From IMG/VR virus record IMGVR_UViG_3300020369_000001, positions 1 through 64,000 of that record: a stretch of 64,000 nt of DNA. One strand, written 5' to 3'. A model generated the notes under the pieces. It was not told the DNA's origin. It did not search any database and saw only the letters and a program-made list of their open reading frames with translations. Of this stretch, positions 45,904-57,192 are shown in pieces (within the stretch, counting starts at the first letter, position 1; the number at the start of each line of letters is the position of its first letter). The translations under genes were made by a program, and so were the position numbers. Source of the DNA: a virus. Its lineage: Duplodnaviria; Caudoviricetes.

Positions 45904-48900
45904 GACCTTTATAACTCACCCAAACCTTCTGCTTAAACTGTTGAGCAAACTTCTTAGCACGTTCCTTAATCTCTTCGTGACCAATCAGGATAGGTTCTGA
46001 AGCACATTCTAAAACCTCCGTATGCACATCGGGACGTGACCAAGAGGTTCCTTCAGAACGATGTCTACCAAGTGAAATAACATAAGTGTGATAAGAGTGT
46101 CCTCTCACGTCAATACCTGTGTCTTTGAACAAATCTTCACCATTACTGTGCCAAGGTGCATGTACATCTTCCACCGAACCATCTTCAAGAGTAAACTTCA
46201 ACGTGGCCCCTGCCATACCGTTCTTGTTATTGGTTACAACATAGATGTTATCTTCGGAGTTTTCTTGAATAGCAACGTACCAAGTACCTCGCTTTCCAAC
46301 CACCTTACGAAATACTTTTGATTGTGCTTCACCTTGTCCAGAAATTGTTGGCCCATAAATACTGAACTCTACACTGTCTTTATACATGATCTTCTCCTGT
46401 GTTGTACTATTCATAACCCACCCACATAATAATCATACATTTCCAAAAGCTCTTCATCACTTACATTCTCAAGTAATGGCAACTCATCCTCCATACCGTT
46501 ATCAATACACGCTTGCCATTTTCTACTTGAACGGATCATGCTAATCACAAGATTTCTCACGACATGCCTCCAAGTTTTCGATAAGCACCTTCATATCTCT
46601 CAAGAGCTTTCTCACCAGCTTTCTTAAACTCTGTTTCTACAGGTGTCTCTACAACCTTCTTAAAAAACTCCCAATCTTCTTCGGTAAGCTCCCAATGTGT
46701 TTTGTCTAGGCGATTTTCAATGTTCATAATCTCACTACTCCTCTAAAAGATATTCTGCACCACACCGTGTACTTAACAGATAGTCAATATATTCATCATT
46801 ATCTTTCAAATCCCTGCTGTTATCAAGAGCATTATTAAAACCCTCCTGCAAACAATCTTCACAAAAGAATGTCTCAAGCACATCAATAATCTTCTGAGAA
46901 TCATCTGATTGAAATGTGAAGGATGGTGAAGAACCTTTCACAAGGTTGTATTTATACGTTTGTTTCATATTATAAACCTCCTTTCCTATGGGTAAACATC
47001 GTATTCATCAGGATTGCCCAACTTTTCAATACGAACTTGCAAATTGTGTTTCTCAAGCAGTGTCATAAAGAATAGGTACTGTTCTTCGTCATCTAAATCA
47101 TAGTAATCACTCTGCCAATCACTTCCTATGACGCCTTCAAACACTAGCACATCTGCGAAACAATCTTCGATAGAGTGTGCAGAGCCATTTTGATCGAAGT
47201 CTGGATGTTCGTCAAGGTCAATGTTAAAGACTTCCATAAGGTCTTCGTAATCACAGCAATCACATGGCGATACATCGTACCAAGAATCGTTGTTGAAGTA
47301 ATATGTTTTTCTTTTAGTCATAAAGTATCTCCATTCTCCTCAGCAAGCAACCTTGACAATACCTTAATCACATCTTCAAGCCTTTCAATCTCTTTATCTT
47401 GTTGTGCAATAGTGTCCATACAGTTACCAACGTTCTCTGTAAGGACTTCGTTACGTTCTCGTTCGGCAACAAGCTCTTCAAAATATGTTGGCATCACTGA
47501 TTCTCCAATTCAAGCATATAGATTTTATTCATTGTAATCACCCCTCCAAAGTTGCTAAATAAATCTCATCACCAATATGCCACTTTAAAGCAATCACCAC
47601 AACCTTATTTCCATCAAACCTCAAAACAAACGGGTCAACGCCTTTTGAAATACCTTGTGCAACATCTTTTGCACATTCGCTAGGTATGGATATTGACCCA
47701 AAGTTTAGAGACTTGCCTGTTGAGGTTTTGTAAACGATCTTCATAGACCGTCACCAGTCTCCTGGTAGGGCACCCACCCACCTCCAATTTCTACTTCAGC
47801 GTACTCATCTAATTTTTGTACAACAAGCGCTGGATACACGTCACCATCAGCAAATAACACAACCTCTGCATCAGGGTCTTGGTGCATAAGTTGTCCAATC
47901 AATTCACGAACTGTTAAAGGTTTTCCTGTAGTTTCATTTATCATATATCACCTCCGCAATAAGTTCTTCATCAATCATTCTAAACACATTCTTCGGAATA
48001 TGCAACCCATCATTATGAAGACTCTCAAGTTTCTCGTAAAGCTCTTCGAGAGAATCTGCCCAATACGTCTTATCAGCGTGTTTTGGATTGATTGGTACGT
48101 ACTTTAGATTCTTCATTAGCCAATGACGCTTTTCAAGAGCTAATGAATAGGTTGTTGGGTCGTATGTGTCAATAAGAAAGCGCTTTGCAAGGGTTTCAAC
48201 ATCTTCACCAAGGATTTCGGTATTTGTTGGGTGATTAGCTTTCACATGGATTATGAAATGACGTATTGATGAATCTTCGTCACCATCATCAACACATGCT
48301 TCATAAACATACACGTCAGATTGCATATTATCATCAGACCATCGGCAGTAGGACATTTAAATCTCCTTCTAAGTAGTACCCCGCATCCAAATTGTTGCAG
48401 CTTGTTTAACCATCTCTGGATAATCTGAATCTTTCTTTGTGAACAGTGTACCAGCTTGTAAATCTTCTTTAGAAACTAAATAGGCATGCTGGTGGTCTTT
48501 CCAATCTTCGTAATTATCCAAAAGCTTCTTAGAAAGTGCATCGTACTCATGGTCTTCGACAAGACTTTCAAATTGTATGTAATACATATAGCTGCAACAC
48601 AAGTAGGCTTGTAAACATTGTTTTGGTGTTAGTTCACTGATGAGCACCTATAAAACCTCCTCCTTTTGTTTATTCATTTCTGGAACCCTTTCGCAATAAT
48701 TGCAAAGGCCATCAAAGGCATCCAGAAGATACACAGTGTAATAAAGTCAATCACTGTGAAGTCACTTTTAACATTTGCTGCTAAAGATTCTTCTTGATCC
48801 CACTTTTGGAATAACGTTGCAATAACACCGCCAATGAATGTGTACACTAGGATAACGATTGTAGGTAGGTCAAAGGTCATTCTTAGAGTCCTCTTGGATA

Positions 48901-49501
48901 GAGCCTTTCTCAGGTTTCTTTTTAAAGATAGCATCCCAATTATCACGATACTTCTGATTAGATGCTTTTGAAACAAGTCGATCACCTGTTACAGGGTTTT
49001 GTGTAGCGTTCTTTACAATGTCTGTCATATCTACTTCACCTTATATGTTTGTGTAAGACCACAATGACTATGTGCCAGTGCTTCCATATAAAATACTGAG
49101 TCTTCTGTAGTTCCAATGTACCGCCAGTTCTTACCAGGAATTAAATGAACTTCACCGTTTTTACTATCCATAAATTCTTTTGCGGAATTGTAACAAGCAC
49201 CTGCGTCATAACCACCACAAGCTGTTAGAATCAGTACCATAGTTAGTGCAACAATAATTTTCATGGTTTATTCCCCTTTCTTACCTTTAAACAAACCTTC
49301 CAAAGAATCTGAAACAACCCACCCTGCAAAAACCATCATTGCGAGTGGTGTTAAGTTATCCCAAAAATGCACTTCTCCAAAAGCACTTTCAAACATTGTA
49401 TGCCAAACTAATGTACATGCGAAGGCGATCTTCATTAGGTTGTCTAACTTATCCATTATTCTGCTCCTGTTCTTTAAGCTGCTTTTCAAATACACCAACA
49501 T
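45860..49501 (-). CDS. Cluster of small hypothetical genes
   Basis: Co-oriented ORFs in the track (45860-46414, 46735-46968, 46986-47321, 47538-47744, 47741-47944, 47934-48356, 48674-48985, 49268-49501). Confidence 0.5.
48369..48647 (-). CDS. Stand-alone NAD-dependent DNA ligase subdomain Ia-like protein
   Basis: YMYY.....LVEDHEYDAL matches the LigA Ia motif (YxYY..D.P.IsD.EYD.L). Confidence 0.5.
   Translation of the reverse strand: MLISELTPKQCLQAYLCCSYMYYIQFESLVEDHEYDALSKKLLDNYEDWKDHQHAYLVSKEDLQAGTLFTKKDSDYPEMVKQAATIWMRGTT
49031..49264 (-). CDS. Small lipoprotein
   Basis: MKIIVALTMVLILTACGG lipobox. Confidence 0.65.
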   Translation of the reverse strand: MKIIVALTMVLILTACGGYDAGACYNSAKEFMDSKNGEVHLIPGKNWRYIGTTEDSVFYMEALAHSHCGLTQTYKVK

Positions 49502-49636
49502 GGTTGAGGGTTAGTAAAATGCCTGCGAAAATAGTGCTAAGGATGATAATATTCATGAGGTTGCTTCTCCAAAATGTGCTAATAAAATAAAGCCTGTGAA
49601 GATATGATAAACACATCTACGCAGGCTGTCAATAGG

Positions 49637-50377
49637 TTACTCAGAATTATTTTTAAGGGCTTTCCAAGATACGGGGAATAAGGGTTCGATAATGTTACTC
49701 ACCAGCTTCTCAAGCTCATTGATCTCACCTTGTGCATGGCTATCAGAACGTTGGATAGCAAATCGTGCATAGGCTGCTAAAGAACCTGTCCAAATCCATG
49801 TCACTTCTACACCTTGGGGTAATACAAAGCGTGCTTGTTCAGGGGCTACGTCACCAGCAATCATGTTTTCGTAGGTTGAGATAGCTTGATTACAGTGAGC
49901 AATGTACTGGTTTTGCCATTCCCCATTTAAAGGATGAATACCTCCTGATCCTTGTTTAATGCTTCCCTCAGGCTTACTACGAAAATCTGGGATGAAAAGT
50001 GATGGTGTACTGCTCAAGTATCTTTTTGACTGCTCATTCTCGACAAACCCCTGCTTATGCTTAAAACATTGTGTACGAATTGGTACGGGTGCTGTCATAC
50101 GTAGTGAAATCTGACAATGTGCAAAGGGTGTCCAATGTGTAGGAATGTTTTTCACTTCGTTAAGAAGATTACGGATACCTTCTTTGTCGGATGTTCCTTG
50201 TAAAAACTCAGCGGCCTTATCCCAATCTTTAGATGACCAACCGCTCGCAAGGAACTTGATAAGCCCCTCATCACCACTGTCAAATTCTTCTTTCCAGTTG
50301 TTAAAGCTTACACGTGCAACGTTAGCTACACGAAGGTCGTTACCCATATGGTCGATATACACAGCTTCCATTAACAT
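49637..50377 (-). CDS. thyX: FAD-dependent thymidylate synthase
   Basis: DHMGNDLRVANVARVSF, HWTPFAH, KHKQGFVENEQSKRY, EQARFVLPQ and QRSDSHAQGEI. Confidence 0.92.
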   Translation of the reverse strand: MLMEAVYIDHMGNDLRVANVARVSFNNWKEEFDSGDEGLIKFLASGWSSKDWDKAAEFLQGTSDKEGIRNLLNEVKNIPTHWTPFAHCQISLRMTAPVPIRTQCFKHKQGFVENEQSKRYLSSTPSLFIPDFRSKPEGSIKQGSGGIHPLNGEWQNQYIAHCNQAISTYENMIAGDVAPEQARFVLPQGVEVTWIWTGSLAAYARFAIQRSDSHAQGEINELEKLVSNIIEPLFPVSWKALKNNSE

Positions 50378-50396
50378 TCTCCTCCAAAATTATCTA

Positions 50397-52141
50397 TTAA
50401 AACCACTGACCTTCAAGGTATAACAAAGCAACTTCACAAGGGTCTTCATAAAGAAGATTTGGGAGTGCTTCACAGTATCCATAAGAAAGCTGGTAAACTT
50501 CACACCAATCAATATCAGTTCTCACAGAACATACTTTTGCTGTGAAGGCTAATGCCCAGACTTGTGGAACATACTTGGGCATTTTGTATTTTACAATAGC
50601 TGTGCTACCCATATTCAGTTCTCCTCAATATCGCAATGATCTTTCAGAAAGTCAACATAAACCTTCTCACCGATCAGCTTTTCAATCACCTGCTCTAGTG
50701 TCTCACCAGTGTTCTTCACGACCTTATCAGCAAACTCTTGTGAAGCATTTTCAAAGGTTACTACCAAGCGTCCTGTATCTTCAAGCATTTTACACCTCCG
50801 TTCTCAGTGCATTCTATAAAAACTTTCATACTCTACTTCAGTCCAATCCAAATTGCTATCCACAATGATGATCTTGTCAACATTCTTCACAGCACCATTC
50901 GCAAGGCACTCAACATATTCATCACGCTCCTCATCATCTTGGAATGTGTAACATCTTGATGATCCATCCTTCATAATAGCGACTGTGTGAAAGAGCTTTG
51001 GAGTACCATACAGCATATTTTGCACAGTGTCTATATAATTTGTGATGATGTCGTTATTTTCTGCGAGAGTATCGTCAGCAAGTTGTTGGAGGATGTCATC
51101 ATCGAGAGTGTCTAAATAGTCGCGTCCGTAGAGTTGGATAAGGTCTACAGAGGCACCACCATCTCCTGTAATTTCTATCCAAGGGATTACGGAGGTTGTT
51201 AGTTTATGTGTCATTTATAGCAAGCTCCTCTTGAAGACGTTTGTTAAAAGATTCCCAACCATCGTCACCAGATAACAACCAATCTAAACGATGTACATAG
51301 GTCTGTGCAAGTTCTAATTGGTGTTTGCACAAGGCTATGTGGGTCTTGGTGTGCATCTCAACATCAGGGTTTTGCAAGTCTTCTTCCATAATCTCGACAA
51401 TATCTTGGATATTATACTGTTTGTAATCATATCTTCCTCCCGACATATCACACATCTCCTATGGAATCTTCAAGTCGTTCAATCTCTCCGATAAGACCTG
51501 CAAAGTAACCTTGCTGATAAGCTACCGCCGCTGTATAAAGCTCGTTTGAAGACTCAAACACGCCTAACATTGCACCACTTCTTTCTTTGATTTCCCAATA
51601 CTTACTTGTGGTTTTAACAGCCATTCCCATGTTGTTGAAGATTCGTATTGCGTCTTGTGTTTTCATGTATTGTGTTGGCGTCATTTTAATACCCCTTGGT
51701 TAAAATAATTCTGAAGCTGTCCCAATCTTGTATTCAGCATACCGTCCTGGGAATATCTTTTGATGGTCTTTAACATACACCTCTGCATCACGTCTGTCAA
51801 GTGTTGTTACGAGAAATTCTTTAGAACCGTCTTGTGTAATACCTTGGATGTAGATACGGATGTTTGTTTTAGCGTTACACATCTCACACATACTCCTTAT
51901 CAATATCAAATTCTGGTAAGTGCTTCCCAAGTGAATCCATATCCCACCATTGGGCATTATGCTTCACCATCCAAACGTTAAAGGAATTGCGAAATGTCTG
52001 AACAGGATAGCCTTTCGATTTAATCTTGTTGAGCCTTTGCAACTTCTTGTTGAAGACTTCATCAGAATCAATCTTACCATAGATACGCCCATCAAATACA
52101 GATGTTGATTTATGGATTTCACCAGTTACTTTCATAAACAC
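50397..52141 (-). CDS. Cluster of small hypothetical genes
   Basis: ORF track: 50397-50612, 50804-51214, 51204-51455, 51448-51684, 51700-51957, 51884-52141. Confidence 0.45.
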
Positions 52142-52368
52142 CTCTCTGTAGGTTTAAGAATCAATTTTAAAGCCGTTTAACATTATGTTAGCATGTCTTA
52201 AAATGACCTATTAGGGTTAAGTAGTACCAACAACCCCATAGGTTCACACACTCTTGTTTGTTTTATATGGGTTCCTGGATAGTTTGCTAGTAATGATGTC
52301 TGTTAAGATACATCGCAAAGCCTAACATAGATATTACGATGGATACAAAGATAAATAATCCTAACACG

Positions 52369-52920
52369 TCATACATTACTGTCACCCTCACAATTAGGAA
52401 TATCTTGAACATCATAAGAAGAACTTGTGAAAGGGTCTAGTTTAGAAGCTGCTAGAATCGCTTCCGCAGGACTTACACCAGAGTATAAAGCCCCTAATGC
52501 AAAGTTCTTACCACTACCCAGCACAAGGTACCCCTCACTTTTCATATTTACAGTCTCTATCCACTTTTTCTTACCAAAAATTTTGTTCCTATCAGAACAC
52601 GAGTACCGAATGACACGTACAGCGTTTTCTTTTGATCTCAGTATCACTACATCTGTCGAGGACTTTGGTGTGTCTGGGATACAACTAGGGTATTTTCCAA
52701 AAGCACTTATTACATCAGCATTCCCTGCACCCGTCAGTATGCACCCATCCGAAGTAGTTCGTAATTTACATACTCCATCGTCAAAGTGACTGTATTCGTC
52801 TATCGCAGACTCTCCGATAAAAGCTCTGACTAGAAAAGAATTTGTACAGTCTCTTAAAGAGGTACGTGTTTTGTCAGCATAGACTTTCTTATTTTTAAAA
52901 TCAACAATAACTGTAGTCAT
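52369..52920 (-). CDS. HslV/proteasome-beta-like Ntn peptidase
   Basis: N-terminal MTT, YADK..T, GAG, and GSGKNFALGAL...A...A.KLDPFTS. Confidence 0.7.
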   Translation of the reverse strand: MTTVIVDFKNKKVYADKTRTSLRDCTNSFLVRAFIGESAIDEYSHFDDGVCKLRTTSDGCILTGAGNADVISAFGKYPSCIPDTPKSSTDVVILRSKENAVRVIRYSCSDRNKIFGKKKWIETVNMKSEGYLVLGSGKNFALGALYSGVSPAEAILAASKLDPFTSSSYDVQDIPNCEGDSNV

Positions 52921-53222
52921 ACATCGTATTCCTCTAAATCAGATTCATTATCTTGGATAATCTTTAAAAGACTTTGGTAGCGGTCTTCTAAATTTACACC
53001 GTATTTAGCACAACAATCAATGAAATCATCTGTTGTTAATTGGTCATGGAGAAATTTATGATACAGATTGATATTGTCTTGTACAACCGCTTCCAAGAAA
53101 GATTTTGAGAGGTCTTGGAATTGCTTGTACAGCATCGTATCAAGTTCATTCTGAGAATACAATTTGATTTCAGTGTGTCCTGTGTTAGATTGATTCTCTT
53201 GCTTAGGTTTTTGATAAGTCAT
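52917..53222 (-). CDS. Hypothetical protein
   Basis: ORF track; first gene of the leftward operon. Confidence 0.45.
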   Translation of the reverse strand: MTYQKPKQENQSNTGHTEIKLYSQNELDTMLYKQFQDLSKSFLEAVVQDNINLYHKFLHDQLTTDDFIDCCAKYGVNLEDRYQSLLKIIQDNESDLEEYDV

Positions 53223-53270
53223 AGGTAAGTCCTTTGAAAGGTGATTGGTTGCTTCAAAACTCTACCTACA

Positions 53271-53500
53271 ATCTTATCAAAGCTGTCTGAGTGAGTCAAG
53301 GATTTTCTACGATAAAATAATATGATTTATTTTCAAAATAGGGGTTGACAAGGGGTATCAAGGTTTGCTATCTTAGTTATATACTTAATAAGATATTTAT
53401 AAGTTCTTTATAGAGACTTTATAAATACTAAGTATTAAAGATATTATTGGTGTTATATTAAGTAATATATTCATTGTATAGAATCTTTATAAAGTCTTTT
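53271..53500. promoter_or_regulatory. Divergent promoter region 2 with AT-rich repeated element
   Basis: Leftward TTGACT-N17-TAAGAT (53299-53271), rightward TTGACA-N18-TATCTT (53345-53374), and a 28-bp exact match to 33668-33695. Confidence 0.75.
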
Positions 53501-53538
53501 ACAGAGGATTTATAAATGTAATTTCCAAGGAGTTTAAA

Positions 53539-54960
53539 ATGACCAGTGAAACGAAAAAGTACAATCCAAATTCTTTAACCGTTGTGAAGCCTTCCGAACG
53601 TGAATCTAAGAAACATCACAAGTCACAAGGATTTTATATTCGGTGTGTTTGTTGTGATGCAAACTTACGAACGAATCAACAGGAACGTGGCGTATGCCAG
53701 CGCTGTTGGGCGGATGTCGTAAGGGTTCACTACCCAGCGCTCAAGAAAGCTGATGATGATTATGTTGATACGATGTGGCGTAACCCTATGGATTATAATG
53801 AGATTGATGATATGTTCAGTGTGCCTTCTGAGGGATATTGAAAATAAGTATGAATAACTATGGTCAGCATACTTGACATACTCTTAAATACAGATTAACC
53901 TGTAGGTATAGGGTTGATTACACAAACACCAAAAGGATTGATTACTTATGAAACTTACAGACGAACAACGTGAAGAGCTTAACGAATTAGGAAATGAAGC
54001 TTTAAAGATTCTTGAGGAACACACGATGCAACTCTTGGATGTTATCGAGGCTTACACGGTTGGGTCTGAAGATGTAGACATTAAACAGATTGATGACGTG
54101 TATAAGAAAGTTAAACAGGCTGCTAAAGAAACTCGTAAGATTTCTCGAAAGTATTTGAAACACCTTGAGAGTGTTGAAAAGGCTAAATCGGATACGACAG
54201 ATGTTAAGGAGTTTGTAGCATGAGTGATACTCAACAAGAAATGCCAGTTTACCAATCGCATAAGAAAGTTTGGGCTTTAAAGATTAAAGATGTGTACGCC
54301 ACAAACGGAGATTTTATTCTGATACCTTGCGATACGTCTTTTGCGCCTTTTGAAGTAAGTGCTGATTGGATTTCTAGGTATAATCCTGAAGACAGTGACA
54401 AAGGGTATTACGTAGTTTATAAAGATGGCTATGCTTCTTGGAGTCCTTCCGAGGCATTTGAAGAAGGTTATACGGAGTTGAACACATGACCAAAACATTT
54501 AACGATGCAAATGGTAAGAACATTCAAGTGTCTTATTTCGGCAACCTTGATGAGAAGCTAAAGATTGCTACAGGGTATTGTCGAGCAATTAACAGTATGC
54601 GTAGTGATGCAAATATGCCACTTATTGATATGGACAATATGATTAAGGGTATTCATAAGGCACATGATAAGTTCTATGGGAATTGTTCGAAGTATGATGG
54701 GCAAGGCCGTTTGAAGGGAGCTTGACATGGAGATTCCAAAAGACACTACAGCAGCTTCTATTCACGTTGTAACTTTTGATCAGGCTTATCAAGCACTGCG
54801 TAATAACAATTACAGTGTTAAAGATAAACAAGTGATGTTCGGAGCATCTTTAGAAGCACTTGGTAAGTGTACTGATCAACAAGTTGCAGATATTCGTAAG
54901 ATTCAACAGGAGATGATTATGAACCCTATTGAGAAGTTTGATGAAAATGATGGACTTTGA
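53539..54960 (+). CDS. Small genes: Zn-ribbon protein (53539-53841), coiled-coil protein (53948-54223), SWSP-motif protein (54220-54489), hypotheticals (54486-54725, 54727-54960)
   Basis: CVCC...CQRC in the first ORF; GYYVVYKDGYASWSPSEAFEEGY in the third. Confidence 0.55.
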
Positions 54961-54970
54961 GTAAGTTTAT

Positions 54971-55054
54971 GTCCCGTGTCCCGACATTGGTCTTCTAAAC
55001 CAATCCTTAAAAGTCGGATGGAAGGTAGGTGTTCAATTCACCCACGGGATTCCA
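54971..55054 (+). tRNA. Atypical D-armless tRNA-Arg(UCU)-like RNA
   Basis: 7-bp acceptor GTCCCGT/ACGGGAT with T-CCA end, anticodon arm TTGGT-CTTCTAA-ACCAA, and T arm with TTCAATT loop. There is no D arm; instead there is an extra helix CCGAC/GTCGG. Confidence 0.65.
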
Positions 55055-55061
55055 ATTTAAT

Positions 55062-55139
55062 GTCGGGTTGCTAGAGAGGTCTAATAGCGAGGACTGCAAA
55101 TCCTTTGTTCAAGGGTTCGAATCCCTTACCCGATTCCAA
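55062..55139 (+). tRNA. tRNA-Cys(GCA)
   Basis: Acceptor GTCGGGT/ACCCGAT, anticodon arm GAGGA-CTGCAAA-TCCTT, AAGGG-TTCGAAT-CCCTT T arm, U discriminator and encoded CCA. Confidence 0.92.
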
Positions 55140-55143
55140 GCAC

Positions 55144-55218
55144 CTACACAGTGATTATTCCTTTTCCTGGTAAACATTGTGTAGCGTAAGAAGTCCTGAA
55201 CAAGACTCTAAACTGTTC
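55144..55218 (+). ncRNA. Putative structured RNA: long hairpin followed by an H-type pseudoknot
   Basis: CTACACAGTG/CATTGTGTAG hairpin; S1 AGTC/GACT (55192-55207) and S2 GAACA/TGTTC (55198-55218). Confidence 0.4.
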
Positions 55219-55358
55219 TTTACGTATGTTTAAAATATAAGAACTTTTGAGTTACTTTTAAAGTTATTTACAACCCGCCTCTTAATAGCCCTGTCTTCTG
55301 GATTATTCCCAATAGTCCGCAGGGTTTTTCATTATTTATAAATATAAAGGTTTTGATT

Positions 55359-56240
55359 ATGTCAGATGAATATTGGATTGAATGGAAAGACCCTGCTGAT
55401 GATACTTTAAAGTATTTTGCATTGTCTCCTGATACTGGTCATTTTTGGACAAGTGATGTTAATGATCCTTGTATAGTTGATGGTGCTGAGTTGGAAGTTA
55501 TTTACACGATTGACGATACACTTAAACAGATTGGTGAAAAGTGGAAGTTGAAGAAGGGTGTTGCTTATGAACGCCATAATCTTTTTAAGCATCCTAGTGA
55601 ACATGCTTGGTTAGCTGTTGAGAAGAAACCTACTGGTCAGAAGGATGAAGATGGTAAGGTTATCAGGGCTTATAAAGCGTTCTGGTCGAGGAAGTTTAAA
55701 AGCGTTGTTTGTGTAAGTCGTTTGACAGGGCAGCGACAGGGCAATCCTCAAATGCAGAATAAAGAGTATGCCCAAGCGTCTGCTGCTAAGGCTAAGGCAG
55801 AACGGAAGAAGCGACTCGCCAATGCTCAAGAGACTGCTAAGAAGCTCAACTTTGACCCACTTAAAAGACTGGCTCTATATGCAATGGGTGATAAAGAACA
55901 GCTTGGTTTGAAAGAAGAGGTAAAGCCCTCGATACAAATGAAAGCCCTTGAGACATATTTGAAATATTCACATCAGGTTCTAAAGCCTTACTCTCCGCAA
56001 GAAATGGAGAAGTTGCGTAATGACAATAGTGGCCCCCGTGTGAATGTTATCTTACCCTCTAATGCAGAAGAAGTTCCTGGTACTGTTTTGCAACATAAAG
56101 ACGAGGCTTCTTTGGAAAGGTATCTGAAATCTGGCTCACAGCGAGCTTATGAAGAAATTGAAGACGAACTAAATTCTACGGACGAATACTTTGAGAGGGA
56201 TTATGCGAAAATTGAAATACCAGACATCGATCAGGAGTGA
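55359..56240 (+). CDS. terS: Terminase small subunit (putative)
   Basis: Upstream of TerL; FDPLKRLALYA...MKALETYLKY..Q.LK pattern typical of TerS in such phages. Confidence 0.55.
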   Translation: MSDEYWIEWKDPADDTLKYFALSPDTGHFWTSDVNDPCIVDGAELEVIYTIDDTLKQIGEKWKLKKGVAYERHNLFKHPSEHAWLAVEKKPTGQKDEDGKVIRAYKAFWSRKFKSVVCVSRLTGQRQGNPQMQNKEYAQASAAKAKAERKKRLANAQETAKKLNFDPLKRLALYAMGDKEQLGLKEEVKPSIQMKALETYLKYSHQVLKPYSPQEMEKLRNDNSGPRVNVILPSNAEEVPGTVLQHKDEASLERYLKSGSQRAYEEIEDELNSTDEYFERDYAKIEIPDIDQE

Positions 56241-57192
56241 AGAGATCGTTGAAAAAGTAAAAAGCAAGGCTACTGAAACAGTGTTTGAAGTGTATTGGAT
56301 TCACCTTGAAGAACACACTGATATTACTACACAAGGGTATGTTGGAATTACATGCCAGGGTTCTCGCACTAGATTTTATAAACACCTTTCTGACGCTAGA
56401 AACAAGAACTATGATTATATGTTTCATAAAGCATTGCGGAAGTACCAAGATTCCGAGATGATTGTAGACACCATTTGTATCTCTAATGAACATTATGCAA
56501 AAGAATTAGAGTATAAGTTACGACCGCGTGATTTTATTGGGTGGAATACTGCCACAGGAGGCTCTGGAAACCCTGGAAAACTTATCGAAGTAACCTCCAC
56601 TCCTGAGTTTGCAAAACAACGTTCTGATTACATGCTGAACGCTTGGCAGGATGAAGAATACACAAAGAAAATGTTAGATTCTCGACGAGCTTATTACGAA
56701 GAAACACCCCCTTGGCGACGTGACGGAGAATCCGTAAACCACTTTGCATGGGGCCTTGCTGGGACTTGCTACGTGTTAAAAGAAAACCTTAATTGGGGAA
56801 AAGGTAAAATTTGTAACTACTTGATGGTTAACAATGGTTCCTTTTGTCGAATATTTGATTACTTTTTAGATGGTTGGAATCCCTTAGAAGATGAAGATTA
56901 TCAGTCTCTTTATCCAACATCATCTTATGAGGAAATTATAGAGGTCTACGGAGAGCCGTCCCATTACCATCTATCGTGGCAGCGGAGCGGTTCTTCAGAC
57001 GTTTGGCGTGTAGCAGACGATCTTTATGAAGCCTTCCACAATAAATCCTATGGTGTAAAAGACTTGGCAAACCTAGCAGGCGTGACATGGCACCAAGCCC
57101 ACAAAATACACAGGAGGTTTAAAAATGGTTGGAACCCCTACAAAGACCTTCGTTGGTTAACAGAATTCAAAGGGTATGTCCATGAATACTAA
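56191..57192 (+). CDS. Free-standing GIY-YIG homing endonuclease
   Basis: VYWI...GYVGIT...RF.KH, E.ELE..L and GWN.ATGG motifs; overlaps terS and terL. Confidence 0.85.
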   Translation: MRGIMRKLKYQTSIRSEEIVEKVKSKATETVFEVYWIHLEEHTDITTQGYVGITCQGSRTRFYKHLSDARNKNYDYMFHKALRKYQDSEMIVDTICISNEHYAKELEYKLRPRDFIGWNTATGGSGNPGKLIEVTSTPEFAKQRSDYMLNAWQDEEYTKKMLDSRRAYYEETPPWRRDGESVNHFAWGLAGTCYVLKENLNWGKGKICNYLMVNNGSFCRIFDYFLDGWNPLEDEDYQSLYPTSSYEEIIEVYGEPSHYHLSWQRSGSSDVWRVADDLYEAFHNKSYGVKDLANLAGVTWHQAHKIHRRFKNGWNPYKDLRWLTEFKGYVHEY

